From an uncultured Chloroflexia bacterium (lineage in GTDB: Bacteria; Chloroflexota; Ktedonobacteria; Ktedonobacterales; JADMIN01), in NCBI GenBank assembly GCA_963718915.1, contig CAVRAI010000004.1:900001-932000 (forward strand): a DNA stretch of 32,000 nt, given 5' to 3'. Position 1 is the first letter of the stretch. The number at the start of each line of letters is the position of its first letter. The translations under genes were made by a program, and so were the position numbers. The notes under the pieces are model-generated. The model had not been told where the DNA came from. It saw nothing but the letters and a program-made list of their open reading frames with translations, and searched no databases. Of this stretch, positions 1 to 7,890 are shown one piece after another.

Positions 1-262
1 TAGCGGGCCGAGTAGCGGTCGCTGTTCGTGCGGCGCTTTTGGGAGCTGACGACGATGCGCGAGGCGTGGATGCAGTGGATGATGACGGCTTGGAGGCGGA
101 GGAGGTGACAGCGCTGGCGCCAGATGTAACGGCGGTATCGGGCGTGTCCGCAGTAGCTTCAACGCCAGACGCTCGCACCAGCGCTACATTCTGAGACCTT
201 GCCGCTGCCTGCGGCCGACGGGCCGCCTGTGTTTTATGCGCGGCCGTAGACTTCTTTGGCAT
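1..262 (-). CDS. hypothetical protein, N-terminal fragment (basic, Ala/Ser/Thr-rich low complexity); continues past window start
   Basis: Own translation of the minus strand from ATG at 262-260: MPKKSTAAHKTQAARRPQAAARSQNVALVRASGVEATADTPDTAVTSGASAVTSSASKPSSSTASTPRASSSAPKSAARTATATRPA. It stays open to the window edge. A GAGGGG purine tract lies about 10 nt upstream. It is absent from the ORF track because it runs off the edge. No family recognised. Confidence 0.35.
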   Translation of the reverse strand, partial: MPKKSTAAHKTQAARRPQAAARSQNVALVRASGVEATADTPDTAVTSGASAVTSSASKPSSSTASTPRASSSAPKSAARTATATRPA

Positions 263-428
263 TCCCTGTACCCCTCTGTATGGCTGTCATCCCTTAGTTA
301 TTCGCCTGTGGCGCCTGCCGCGATTCCCTCGCAGTCTCGCACACACACATTCTAAGTCAGTATAACCCAGACATCCAGGCCACGCAAGCAGTACCGCCCT
401 CATGTCATGCCTGCATTCCCAGGCATCA

Positions 429-437
429 TGGTACACT
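429..437 (+). promoter_or_regulatory. putative extended -10 promoter element (TGgTACACT) upstream of moaC
   Basis: TGGTACACT sits about 95 nt upstream of the moaC ATG. The same 11-mer, ATGGTACACTT, recurs at 5361-5371 upstream of another gene. There is no good -35. Confidence 0.3.
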
Positions 438-531
438 TACGACTGTGCAACTTGCACGTCTGTTCGAGACGGCGTATGGACACGGACAAGCGACGACCAG
501 TCTGAGACAAACGCGAAAGGACGAACCGGCA

Positions 532-1041
532 ATGGGGCTGACACACTTCGACGAATCGGGGCGCGCGCGTATGGTTGATGTCAGCGCGAAGGCCGATACT
601 GCGCGGGAGGCCACCGCTGCTGGGGTCGTACGCATGCGGTCGGAGACACTCGCGCAGATTCGCCAGGGATCTATCGCGAAGGGTGACGTACTGGCGGTGG
701 CACAGGTGGCTGGGGTCATGGCAGCCAAGCAGACTCCGCAGATGATTCCAATGTGCCATACCTTGCTGCTGACTGGCGTTGATCTTACATTTGCGCTGGA
801 AGATGGCGATGCAGGCGAGGGGCGTGTATCCATATCGGCGACGGTGCGCACGGTCGGCAAAACGGGCGCGGAGATGGAGGCTCTAGCGGCGGTGAGTGTC
901 GCCGCACTGACGATCTACGACATGTGCAAGGCGATAGATCGCGCGATGGTGGTTGATACGGTGCGCCTGATGCACAAGAGTGGTGGCAAGAGCGGCGATT
1001 ACGTGCGTGAAGATGAAGGTGCGGGTTCAGGCCAGCCATAA
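532..1041 (+). CDS. moaC: cyclic pyranopterin monophosphate synthase MoaC
   Basis: ORF 445..1041. From the internal ATG at 532 the translation reads [31 protein letters not shown]...[15 protein letters not shown]...[19 protein letters not shown], the typical MoaC core. The upstream 29 codons look like non-coding extension. Confidence 0.9.
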   Translation: MGLTHFDESGRARMVDVSAKADTAREATAAGVVRMRSETLAQIRQGSIAKGDVLAVAQVAGVMAAKQTPQMIPMCHTLLLTGVDLTFALEDGDAGEGRVSISATVRTVGKTGAEMEALAAVSVAALTIYDMCKAIDRAMVVDTVRLMHKSGGKSGDYVREDEGAGSGQP

Positions 1042-1436
1042 GCCGAATTCTGTTCCGCGGACGCCTTACGGCAGCCACGGCGACAATCATCTCTCTAGGA
1101 CGACGGTTACCCATCGCCTCAAGCAGCCAACCCGGAGGTAAACGGGCGAGCCACCCGCGAGCAACCGACCTGAGCCGATTGCTGCTCCTCCTGCACGGCC
1201 TTGCTCCAGATGGGGTTTACCTCAGCCGACCAGTCACCTGGCCGCTGGTGAGCTCTTACCTCGCCATTTCACCCTTACCTTGGCAGGAAGCAAGTTCCCG
1301 CCCGGCGGTATGTTTCTGTGGCACTTTCCCTGGGGTTGCCCCCGCTGGCCGTTAGCCAGCATCCTGCTCTGTGGAGTTCGGACTTTCCTCGGCCAGCGCA
1401 TGGATGGCCGCGATTGTCTGTCTGCCCTGAACCCGC
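1021..1436 (-). ncRNA. rnpB: RNase P RNA, bacterial type A
   Basis: The reverse complement carries the universally conserved blocks GAGGAAAGUCCG, GGUAAGGGUGAAA, GGUAAGAGC, GGUAAACCCCA, GGAGCAAGGC and ACAGAAUUCGGCUUAU. The P1 helix is 5' GCGGGUUCAGGGCAG (1436 downward) paired with 3' CUGGCCUGAACCCGC (1035-1021). Ends are good to about +/-5 nt. Confidence 0.93.
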
Positions 1437-1446
1437 GCACTCCACC

Positions 1447-1455
1447 AGTATAACA
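1447..1455 (-). promoter_or_regulatory. putative extended -10 promoter (TGtTATACT) for rnpB
   Basis: The minus strand reads TGTTATACT. It ends about 10 nt upstream of the predicted 5' end of the RNase P RNA P1 helix. Confidence 0.4.
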
Positions 1456-1503
1456 CAGTCCACATGTTTGCTCGTCCGACTGTGCCGTCGTTGCGCTCAT
1501 GCG

Positions 1504-1512
1504 TGCTATAAT
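1504..1512 (+). promoter_or_regulatory. putative extended -10 promoter (TGcTATAAT) for the isocitrate dehydrogenase gene
   Basis: TGCTATAAT on the plus strand, about 100 nt upstream of the ATG at 1612 and divergent from the rnpB promoter. No convincing -35. Confidence 0.35.
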
Positions 1513-1611
1513 CATTGATGGCCCACGGGGATGCAGCAATTACCGCTGCCCCCCGGAGCAGCTGTTTTGCATCCAGATTACGCACGTATGTGGGCATTTT
1601 ACGGAGGATAC

Positions 1612-2700
1612 ATGCCTTACGCTGTCACATTAATTCCGGGTGACGGAACCGGACCAGAGATAACCGAAGCGACCCGTCGCGTGCTTGAGGCAACGGGCGT
1701 TGCGTTCGAATGGCACGTTCATGAGGCCGGCCTCGCTGTCCTGGAAAAGTCTGGTACTGTCTTGCCAGAAGAGGTCATCGCGTCGATTCGCGAGACAAAG
1801 GTGGGCCTGAAAGGGCCGATTACCACACCAGTCGGCAAGGGATTTCGCAGCGCCAACGTAGCCCTGCGCAAGAGTCTCGATCTCTATGCGAACCTGCGAC
1901 CAGCCAAGACCTTTGCAGGCCTACGCTCACGATACGAACATGTCGATCTCATCATCTGCCGCGAAAACACCGAGGATCTCTATGCGGGTATCGAGTTTCA
2001 GCGAGGAAGCCCAGAGCTTGAAGAACTGATTGACTTCATCGGACGCACCACCGGGACGAAACTCTCACAAGATTCCGCGATCAGCATCAAGTACATCTCC
2101 GTCGCGGCCAGCCGCCGCATTGTGAAGTTTGCCTTCGAGTACGCGCGCGCCAATAATCGCCGCAAGGTCACGGCTGTTCACAAAGCGAACATCATGAAGT
2201 TTTCGGATGGTCTCTTCCTTCAAGTCGCGCAGGAAGTTGCGAAAGAGTATCCCGATATCCAGTTCGAGGATCGCATAGTCGATAACATGTGCATGCAGCT
2301 CGTGCAGAAGCCCGAACAATATGATGTGCTGGCGCTCCCGAATCTCTACGGCGACATCCTCTCGGATCTCTCTGCGGGCCTGATTGGCGGCCTGGGTGTT
2401 GCGCCTGGCGCGAACATTGGCGAACATTATGCCGTCTTCGAGCCTGTGCATGGCAGCGCGCCGAAGTACGCTGGCCAGAACAAGGTCAACCCGATGGCGA
2501 TGATGTTCTCTGGCGTCCTGATGCTGCGCCACTTGGGCGAGCGCGAGGCTGCCGACCGTCTTGAGGGAGCGCTTGCCGCGGTCATCGCCGAGGGCAAGAA
2601 CGTGACGTACGACCTGAAACCACGCCCCGATGATCCCACGGCCGTAGGTACATCGCAGGTTGCCGATGCTATCATCGCAAAAATGCAAGAAAGCCGGTAG
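1612..2700 (+). CDS. isocitrate / homoisocitrate dehydrogenase, NAD-type (isocitrate-isopropylmalate dehydrogenase family)
   Basis: ORF 1531..2700. The ATG at 1612 is preceded by GGAGGA at 1603-1608. The translation [17 protein letters not shown]...[18 protein letters not shown]...[10 protein letters not shown]...[14 protein letters not shown] shows the beta-decarboxylating dehydrogenase signatures. The exact substrate cannot be decided by eye. Confidence 0.85.
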   Translation: MPYAVTLIPGDGTGPEITEATRRVLEATGVAFEWHVHEAGLAVLEKSGTVLPEEVIASIRETKVGLKGPITTPVGKGFRSANVALRKSLDLYANLRPAKTFAGLRSRYEHVDLIICRENTEDLYAGIEFQRGSPELEELIDFIGRTTGTKLSQDSAISIKYISVAASRRIVKFAFEYARANNRRKVTAVHKANIMKFSDGLFLQVAQEVAKEYPDIQFEDRIVDNMCMQLVQKPEQYDVLALPNLYGDILSDLSAGLIGGLGVAPGANIGEHYAVFEPVHGSAPKYAGQNKVNPMAMMFSGVLMLRHLGEREAADRLEGALAAVIAEGKNVTYDLKPRPDDPTAVGTSQVADAIIAKMQESR

Positions 2701-2863
2701 GCGCAACGCCTCGGCGCGATAACGTCGCTTGCCACTACATCTGGAGCGAACGCTTCTGGATGCTGGTGGCATCGATGTTTTCTCCGGCGGAATCACAACT
2801 GCCGGGGTACTCATGGCGGATTGGCTGGCTGCGTCTTAGAATTGTCTGATGGGAGGATCGCTT

Positions 2864-2889
2864 TTTCGCGCGCAACTTTCGCGCGCAAC
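2864..2889. repeat. 13-bp perfect tandem duplication TTTCGCGCGCAAC x2
   Basis: Read directly at 2864-2876 and 2877-2889. Each copy contains the self-complementary GCGCGC, so the pair can also form a 6-bp GC hairpin. It lies 35 nt upstream of the O-methyltransferase start. Confidence 0.9.
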
Positions 2890-2924
2890 AGCCCCTTGGG
2901 GACGAGATGCAAAGGAGCATTACC

Positions 2925-3653
2925 GTGACACCACAATCTGACCAGCCTGCGGATATCACCCAACGAGTCGAGCAATTGCAGCAGGAGGCGCGGCAGCGAG
3001 CCGAGATAGATGCGGCGCTGAATCGGTTATTCGCGCCAGAGGACGATGCCTTGCAGTACGCGTTGACCGCTGAGCGCGATGCCGAAATGCCCAGCATCCA
3101 AATCTCACCACTTCAGGGACGCCTGCTCCAGGTGCTGGCTCTTGCCTGTGGCGCGCGTAAGATCCTCGAGATTGGCGCGCTGGCGGGCTATAGCGGCATC
3201 TGGCTGGCTCGCGCGTTGCCGCCGGACGGGCGCCTCATTTCGCTGGAAGTAAGCGAGAAGCATGCGATGGTTGCGCGTGCATCATTGGAGCGCGCCGGAT
3301 TAAGTGATCGCGCCGAGGTGCGTGTTGGCTCGGCACTGGATATATTGCCGACATTGACGAGTGAAGCGCCCTTCGATCTGGTGTTCATCGATGCTGATAA
3401 ACCACCATATCCCATGTATCTAGACTGGGCGCTCAAGCTCGCGCGGCCCGGCAGCATCATCGTCGCGGATAACTGCATTCGCGGCGGCAAGCCCCTGCGC
3501 GAGCCAGTCGAGGATGATCCCGCAACGCGCGCCCTGAGTGCTTACGACCACCACGTAGCCACGGATCCACGGCTGGTTTCGGTGGCTTTTCCCATGGACG
3601 ACAACGGAATGGATGGTTTCGCAATCTCAGTCGTGCGGACTGTTGCTTCTTAG
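2925..3653 (+). CDS. class I SAM-dependent O-methyltransferase (caffeoyl-CoA O-methyltransferase-like, family 3)
   Basis: ORF 2907..3653. The translation contains ILEIGALAGYSGIWLARAL...LVFIDADKPPYPMYLDWALKLARPGSIIVADN, typical of O-methyltransferase family 3. The start is either ATG 2907 or the in-frame GTG 2925; the GTG is preceded by AAGGAG at 8 nt spacing. Confidence 0.8.
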   Translation: MTPQSDQPADITQRVEQLQQEARQRAEIDAALNRLFAPEDDALQYALTAERDAEMPSIQISPLQGRLLQVLALACGARKILEIGALAGYSGIWLARALPPDGRLISLEVSEKHAMVARASLERAGLSDRAEVRVGSALDILPTLTSEAPFDLVFIDADKPPYPMYLDWALKLARPGSIIVADNCIRGGKPLREPVEDDPATRALSAYDHHVATDPRLVSVAFPMDDNGMDGFAISVVRTVAS

Positions 3654-3689
3654 GGGAGTCTCTGAATGCAGCTAGAACGCCCAACACGC

Positions 3690-3718
3690 TTGACGCTCCT
3701 CGCAGGCAGGCGTACACT
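3690..3718 (+). promoter_or_regulatory. putative sigma70-type promoter TTGACG-17-TACACT
   Basis: TTGACG at 3690-3695, a 17-nt spacer, then TACACT at 3713-3718. It lies about 65 nt upstream of the next CDS. Confidence 0.35.
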
Positions 3719-3782
3719 GCCGGTATTCGCGCGTGCCCGGTAGTTGACAGGTGTTGACGCATAGGTGCAGAAGGAAAAACGC

Positions 3783-4481
3783 ATGAGGTGGATCGCGGGG
3801 GGCATTGCTGGCTGGCTCGCTGCCATGGCGCCCTTGCTCGGCGTTAACATTGCTGGTTATGCCAACGTCTTCGATTCCAATACCGCTGTGATTGCTGGCG
3901 CGGGTGCGTTGTTCGGTAGCATACTGCTCGGCGGCCTGGTGACTGGACTGATTGCGGGGCGTCCGTCGTCCGCCCGGCCGGGTGGAGCGCCAACAACCTT
4001 GCCTGCGGCGGTTCTGGCTGCGTTTCTCTATATCATCAGTCTGATTACGGTTGTGATGGTGGCGATTCGTGTTGGGGCAGCGCCAACAGTTGTTGCCGAG
4101 CATCCATTGCGTATCTCTGGCGCCGTTATCTGTCTCGGCGCTATACTCCTTGGCATGTCATTGTTGGTTGGGGTGCTCACCGGGAAGCGTGCGGGCCAGG
4201 TAACGTCTCAGGCGCAGGTACAGGGGCGCTCCGCCGTCCAGCAAGGTATGGCGCGGCACGGTCAACCTGGCTACGGAGGCTATCCGAACCAATCTTCACG
4301 CGGCGCGTATCCAGGCGAAAATGCTCAATACTCGGCAGGGCGCGAGGACTACGAAAGCCAGCGGCGGGGATATGGAGGCCACGACGAGCGTCAGCCTGTG
4401 CGCTACCCCCCTGATACGTCCCCGCGCCAGAGCGGAAGCAACACCGGACGAGATGAGGATTGGCGCGAGGGTCGGCGCTGA
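3783..4481 (+). CDS. hypothetical integral membrane protein with Gly/Arg/Tyr-rich disordered C-terminal tail
   Basis: ORF 3765..4481, with a likely start at MRWIAGG (3783). It has about 5 hydrophobic spans. The tail reads QPGYGGYPNQSSRGAYPGENAQYSAGREDYESQRRGYGGHDERQ. No family recognised. Confidence 0.6.
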   Translation: MRWIAGGIAGWLAAMAPLLGVNIAGYANVFDSNTAVIAGAGALFGSILLGGLVTGLIAGRPSSARPGGAPTTLPAAVLAAFLYIISLITVVMVAIRVGAAPTVVAEHPLRISGAVICLGAILLGMSLLVGVLTGKRAGQVTSQAQVQGRSAVQQGMARHGQPGYGGYPNQSSRGAYPGENAQYSAGREDYESQRRGYGGHDERQPVRYPPDTSPRQSGSNTGRDEDWREGRR

Positions 4482-4534
4482 TAGGGCATCCGCGGGCATT
4501 GGACTGACTGGCGAATTGAGGAGTACGTTCAACT

Positions 4535-5314
4535 ATGGCGCGAGTCATTTTTCTCGGAACCGCTGCCGCGCTACCTGTTGCCGACCGGTGCAATACCGCC
4601 CTGGCGATTATCGGTGATGCGGAGGCGCCGGGCGTGCTGATTGATACAGGTGGCGACATCTATCCAGCGCTCTGCCGTGCCAATCTGGCTCAAGATGAGC
4701 TGCGCGATCTCTTCATCACCCATGCCCACATCGATCATATTGGCAGCCTCCCCTCGTTGATCGAGAGTTATCGTCTCGGGGGCCGACACGCCCCGCTGCA
4801 TATCTTCGGGCTACCAGAGGTTATCGAGACAGCGCGTCAGATTATCGAAATCTTCAGCTATGAATTGACGCTTGATACCTGGACTTTTGAAGTGACTTAT
4901 ACCGCTGTCGAAGATGGCCAGCAGCTTACCCTTGGCGGCATGCACGCAACGGTCGCGCGGATGGATCATACCCTTCCCTCGGCAGGCCTCCGGCTTGCGC
5001 TGGCTGCTGGTGATTTTGTCTATACTAGCGATACCCAGCCAACGCCTGCGATCCAACGACTGGGGCAGGGCGCGCGTGTCTTCGTCACTGAGTGTACCTA
5101 TCTGAACGATGGCGCAAACTTCGCCCGCATCAGCCGCCATATGACCGCCCTGGAAGCGGGTCAGCACGCGGCGGCATGCGGAGCCGAAACGTTGGCGCTG
5201 GTACATTTGGGTGTGGCAGCTGGCTGGGCGACGGAGACCGCTTGCGCTGAGGCTGCCCAGGCCTTCACGGGCACGATCATCGCCCCCAGCGATGGCGATG
5301 AGCTACAATTGTGA
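4535..5314 (+). CDS. MBL-fold metallo-hydrolase (RNase Z / beta-lactamase superfamily)
   Basis: The translation starts MARVIFLGTAAALP and contains the metal-binding motif THAHIDHIGSLP. GAGGAG lies upstream. Confidence 0.8.
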   Translation: MARVIFLGTAAALPVADRCNTALAIIGDAEAPGVLIDTGGDIYPALCRANLAQDELRDLFITHAHIDHIGSLPSLIESYRLGGRHAPLHIFGLPEVIETARQIIEIFSYELTLDTWTFEVTYTAVEDGQQLTLGGMHATVARMDHTLPSAGLRLALAAGDFVYTSDTQPTPAIQRLGQGARVFVTECTYLNDGANFARISRHMTALEAGQHAAACGAETLALVHLGVAAGWATETACAEAAQAFTGTIIAPSDGDELQL

Positions 5315-5361
5315 TCCTTGCCACGGTTGGCCCTCTGCGCTGCACAAGCTGGACAGTAGTA

Positions 5362-5370
5362 TGGTACACT
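5362..5370 (+). promoter_or_regulatory. putative extended -10 promoter element (TGgTACACT)
   Basis: The same element as at 429-437, about 90 nt upstream of the GTG at 5462. Confidence 0.3.
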
Positions 5371-5461
5371 TGCCTGGGCGTCGAGTGATGCTTCCGCCGC
5401 GGGCTATGTGACTGATTATTTCAAGCCTCGGCGTATTTCCACAGTGCTCAGGAGGAAATCT

Positions 5462-5878
5462 GTGTTTCAGGATCCAAACCATCCCGATCTACAGCAGCTT
5501 GCGCAACATCATGATGAAGGCACGCACGACCAGATTCCCGCAGACCAGGCAGCAGCCGCGCTGGCAGCATTCCAACAGAATGCCGACCCTGCGCTGGTGC
5601 AGCAATTGATCGCGCAGCACTATGCTGATATGACGCCCGAGCAACTTCAGGCAGCGGCAGCGGCGCTTCAGGCGAAGGCAGCGGCAGCGGCGCCCGATTC
5701 GGCCCACGCCGCCATGGACCCAGCCACCGCGACTCCAGAAGATGTTGCCGCCGCTCATCACTCGATCTTCACCGACCACCCACATGTTGCCAAGGATGTC
5801 GCCATCGGCGGCGCTGTCGTGGGCGCTGGAGCGCTGGCAGCTCTCGCGGCACGTTACTATCTCAAGTCGCGCGGATAG
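5462..5878 (+). CDS. hypothetical Ala/Gln/His-rich protein with a single C-terminal transmembrane anchor
   Basis: ORF 5408..5878. The in-frame GTG at 5462 is preceded by GGAGGA (5451-5456). The C-terminus VAIGGAVVGAGALAALAARYYLKSRG looks like a tail anchor. No family recognised. Confidence 0.5.
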   Translation: MFQDPNHPDLQQLAQHHDEGTHDQIPADQAAAALAAFQQNADPALVQQLIAQHYADMTPEQLQAAAAALQAKAAAAAPDSAHAAMDPATATPEDVAAAHHSIFTDHPHVAKDVAIGGAVVGAGALAALAARYYLKSRG

Positions 5879-6065
5879 CAAACCGCACGTTCTTTGTCAC
5901 AGTGCGCGGGCAGACGATGCATCGGAAGACGGTGCGATCTGCCCGTCGCTTACTTTCCCAAGCCGTCCGTCCGTCCGTCCGCTATGATATACTTGCTACC
6001 AGTAGCGGTAGAACGTACGTTCACCAGCATGTTGAGCCGCACGATAAAGCGCCGGAGCGTGACGC

Positions 6066-7112
6066 ATGACTGACCATACGACCGATCGGCTGGTTTCGCC
6101 CATGTCGAGCGATGCCGACTTTCAAGAGAATAGCCTGCGCCCGCACCGGCTGGAAGATTACATCGGCCAGGAGAAGGTCAAGGGCAACCTGCAAATTCTG
6201 CTAGAAGCCGCTAAATTGCGCGGCGAGGCGCTCGATCATGTGCTGCTCTATGGGCCTCCAGGTCTGGGCAAAACGTCGCTCTCACTTATCATCAGCGCCG
6301 AGATGGGCGTCAGTATTCGGATGACCTCTGGCCCTGCCATCGAGCATGCGGGTGATCTGGCTTCGATACTGACGGCCCTCGAAGAGCATGATGTGCTCTT
6401 CATCGACGAGATTCACCGGCTCAGCCGTGTCGTGGAAGAGCGCCTTTATTCGGCGATGGAAGACTTCGCGCTCGATCTCATCATCGGCAAAGGCCCTTCC
6501 GCGCGCAATGTGCGGTTGCCCCTTAAGCCGTTCACCGTCGTCGCCGCTACCACACGCGTTGGCGCGCTCACGGCGCCGCTACGCGACCGTTTTGGGGCGA
6601 TCTACCGGCTCGATTATTACGACGACGCTGCCTTGCAGCAGATTTTGCGGCGTTCGGCGCGGATACTGCGGGTTGAGATGGACAGCGACGGTTGCGCGGA
6701 AATCGCCCGTCGCGCCCGTGGAACGCCGCGTATCGCCAACCGACTGCTACGGCGTGTGCGCGACTATGCGCAGGTGCGCGCCGATGGGGTCATCACCCGT
6801 GATGTGGCGCGGCTGGCATTGAGCGCGCTGGAGGTGGATGAGCGCGGACTCGATCCCAGCGACCGCACCATCCTGCGTACGATCATCGAAAAGTTCGATG
6901 GTGGCCCGGTGGGCGTCGAGACGCTGGCGGCCAGCACCAGTGAAGAGGTTGAGACGGTCGAAGATGTCTACGAGCCATATCTCTTGCAGCTAGGTTTTCT
7001 CGCCCGCACCCCTCGCGGGCGCATCGCGACACGCCTTGCGTACGAGCACCTTGGCATTCCTTATCGCGGCGGGCCGGAGACACCCGGACTCTGGGATACG
7101 CCGACGGTGTAA
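6066..7112 (+). CDS. ruvB: Holliday junction branch migration DNA helicase RuvB
   Basis: The translation has [49 protein letters not shown] (Walker A), [11 protein letters not shown] (Walker B) and [18 protein letters not shown]. This is unmistakably RuvB. Confidence 0.96.
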   Translation: MTDHTTDRLVSPMSSDADFQENSLRPHRLEDYIGQEKVKGNLQILLEAAKLRGEALDHVLLYGPPGLGKTSLSLIISAEMGVSIRMTSGPAIEHAGDLASILTALEEHDVLFIDEIHRLSRVVEERLYSAMEDFALDLIIGKGPSARNVRLPLKPFTVVAATTRVGALTAPLRDRFGAIYRLDYYDDAALQQILRRSARILRVEMDSDGCAEIARRARGTPRIANRLLRRVRDYAQVRADGVITRDVARLALSALEVDERGLDPSDRTILRTIIEKFDGGPVGVETLAASTSEEVETVEDVYEPYLLQLGFLARTPRGRIATRLAYEHLGIPYRGGPETPGLWDTPTV

Positions 7113-7133
7113 TGCTCTAGCACCTCCTACTGA

Positions 7134-7796
7134 CTATTTTGCGTAGTGCTCTCGCCAGAAGGCATGTAGCTTCGTGACTTCATCGGGCGGCAGAGGAACG
7201 GGTGTGCCGAGCTGGCGGGCGAGCGCGTAGACCTGCGCGCCGTCTTCGAGCGCATGGGCGGCAGAATAGGTCGCACTCAGCGATGGCCCGACCACCATAG
7301 CGCCGTGGTTGCCCCAGATGACCGCGTTGCCATTGCCCATTGTCTCTGCGATCAGTTCGGCAAATTCAGGCGTGCCAGACATCTGATAGGGCGCGATAGG
7401 CACAGCGCCGCCCAGACATAGCGCGGACTCTGCCAGCACCATAGGCAGCGGCTCGTAGACCACGCCAAACGCGGTCGCGTAGAGCGAGTGGGTATGCATG
7501 ACGCAGTGGATGTCGCTACGGCAGCGCAATAGCAGCGTGTGCAAGGGTGTTTCTACGCTCGGACGATGGGAGCCTTCGACCACCCTGCTTTGCTCGTCGA
7601 TCACCATGATATCTTCGGCGGCGACGAGATCGTAGTCCATGCCGCTCGGGGTGATACAAATCAGTCCACTCTCGGGGTCACGCGCACTCAAGTTGCCTTG
7701 TGCCGCCCGCACCAGCCCACTCGCCACCATCTTTTTCGCGTACCGCGCTACCTCGGCGCGCAAGTCGCCCAGGCGCATACTGCCTTTGCCCATCAT
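7134..7796 (-). CDS. class II aldolase/adducin family protein (L-fuculose-phosphate aldolase / ribulose-5-phosphate 4-epimerase-like)
   Basis: ORF 7134..7817. GGAGG lies immediately upstream of the tandem ATG ATG at 7796/7793. The translation has GNLSARD...ITPSG...VMHTHSLYATAF...WGNHGAMVVG, the typical class II aldolase motifs. Confidence 0.8.
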   Translation of the reverse strand: MMGKGSMRLGDLRAEVARYAKKMVASGLVRAAQGNLSARDPESGLICITPSGMDYDLVAAEDIMVIDEQSRVVEGSHRPSVETPLHTLLLRCRSDIHCVMHTHSLYATAFGVVYEPLPMVLAESALCLGGAVPIAPYQMSGTPEFAELIAETMGNGNAVIWGNHGAMVVGPSLSATYSAAHALEDGAQVYALARQLGTPVPLPPDEVTKLHAFWREHYAK

Positions 7797-7890
7797 CAGC
7801 CTCCAGCAACGAATCATTCAATGAAACATATAGACAAATGGACCCGACCGGAAAGCCGATCAGGTCCACAAGAGTTTAGTCAACACTGGT

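Noticed and set aside
290-531. Possible Moco riboswitch upstream of moaC. Hairpins are visible at 406-428 (AUGCCUG...CAGGCAU) and about 470-482.
   Set aside because: I cannot recognise the conserved Moco-motif core sequences by eye, and the hairpins are generic. This would need cmsearch with RF01055.
5907-5945. Hairpin CGGGCAGA...UCUGCCCG after the tail-anchored protein gene, as a Rho-independent terminator.
   Set aside because: The stem is 8 bp but the loop is 23 nt, and only a weak, interrupted U-run follows. That is not enough to report it as a terminator feature.
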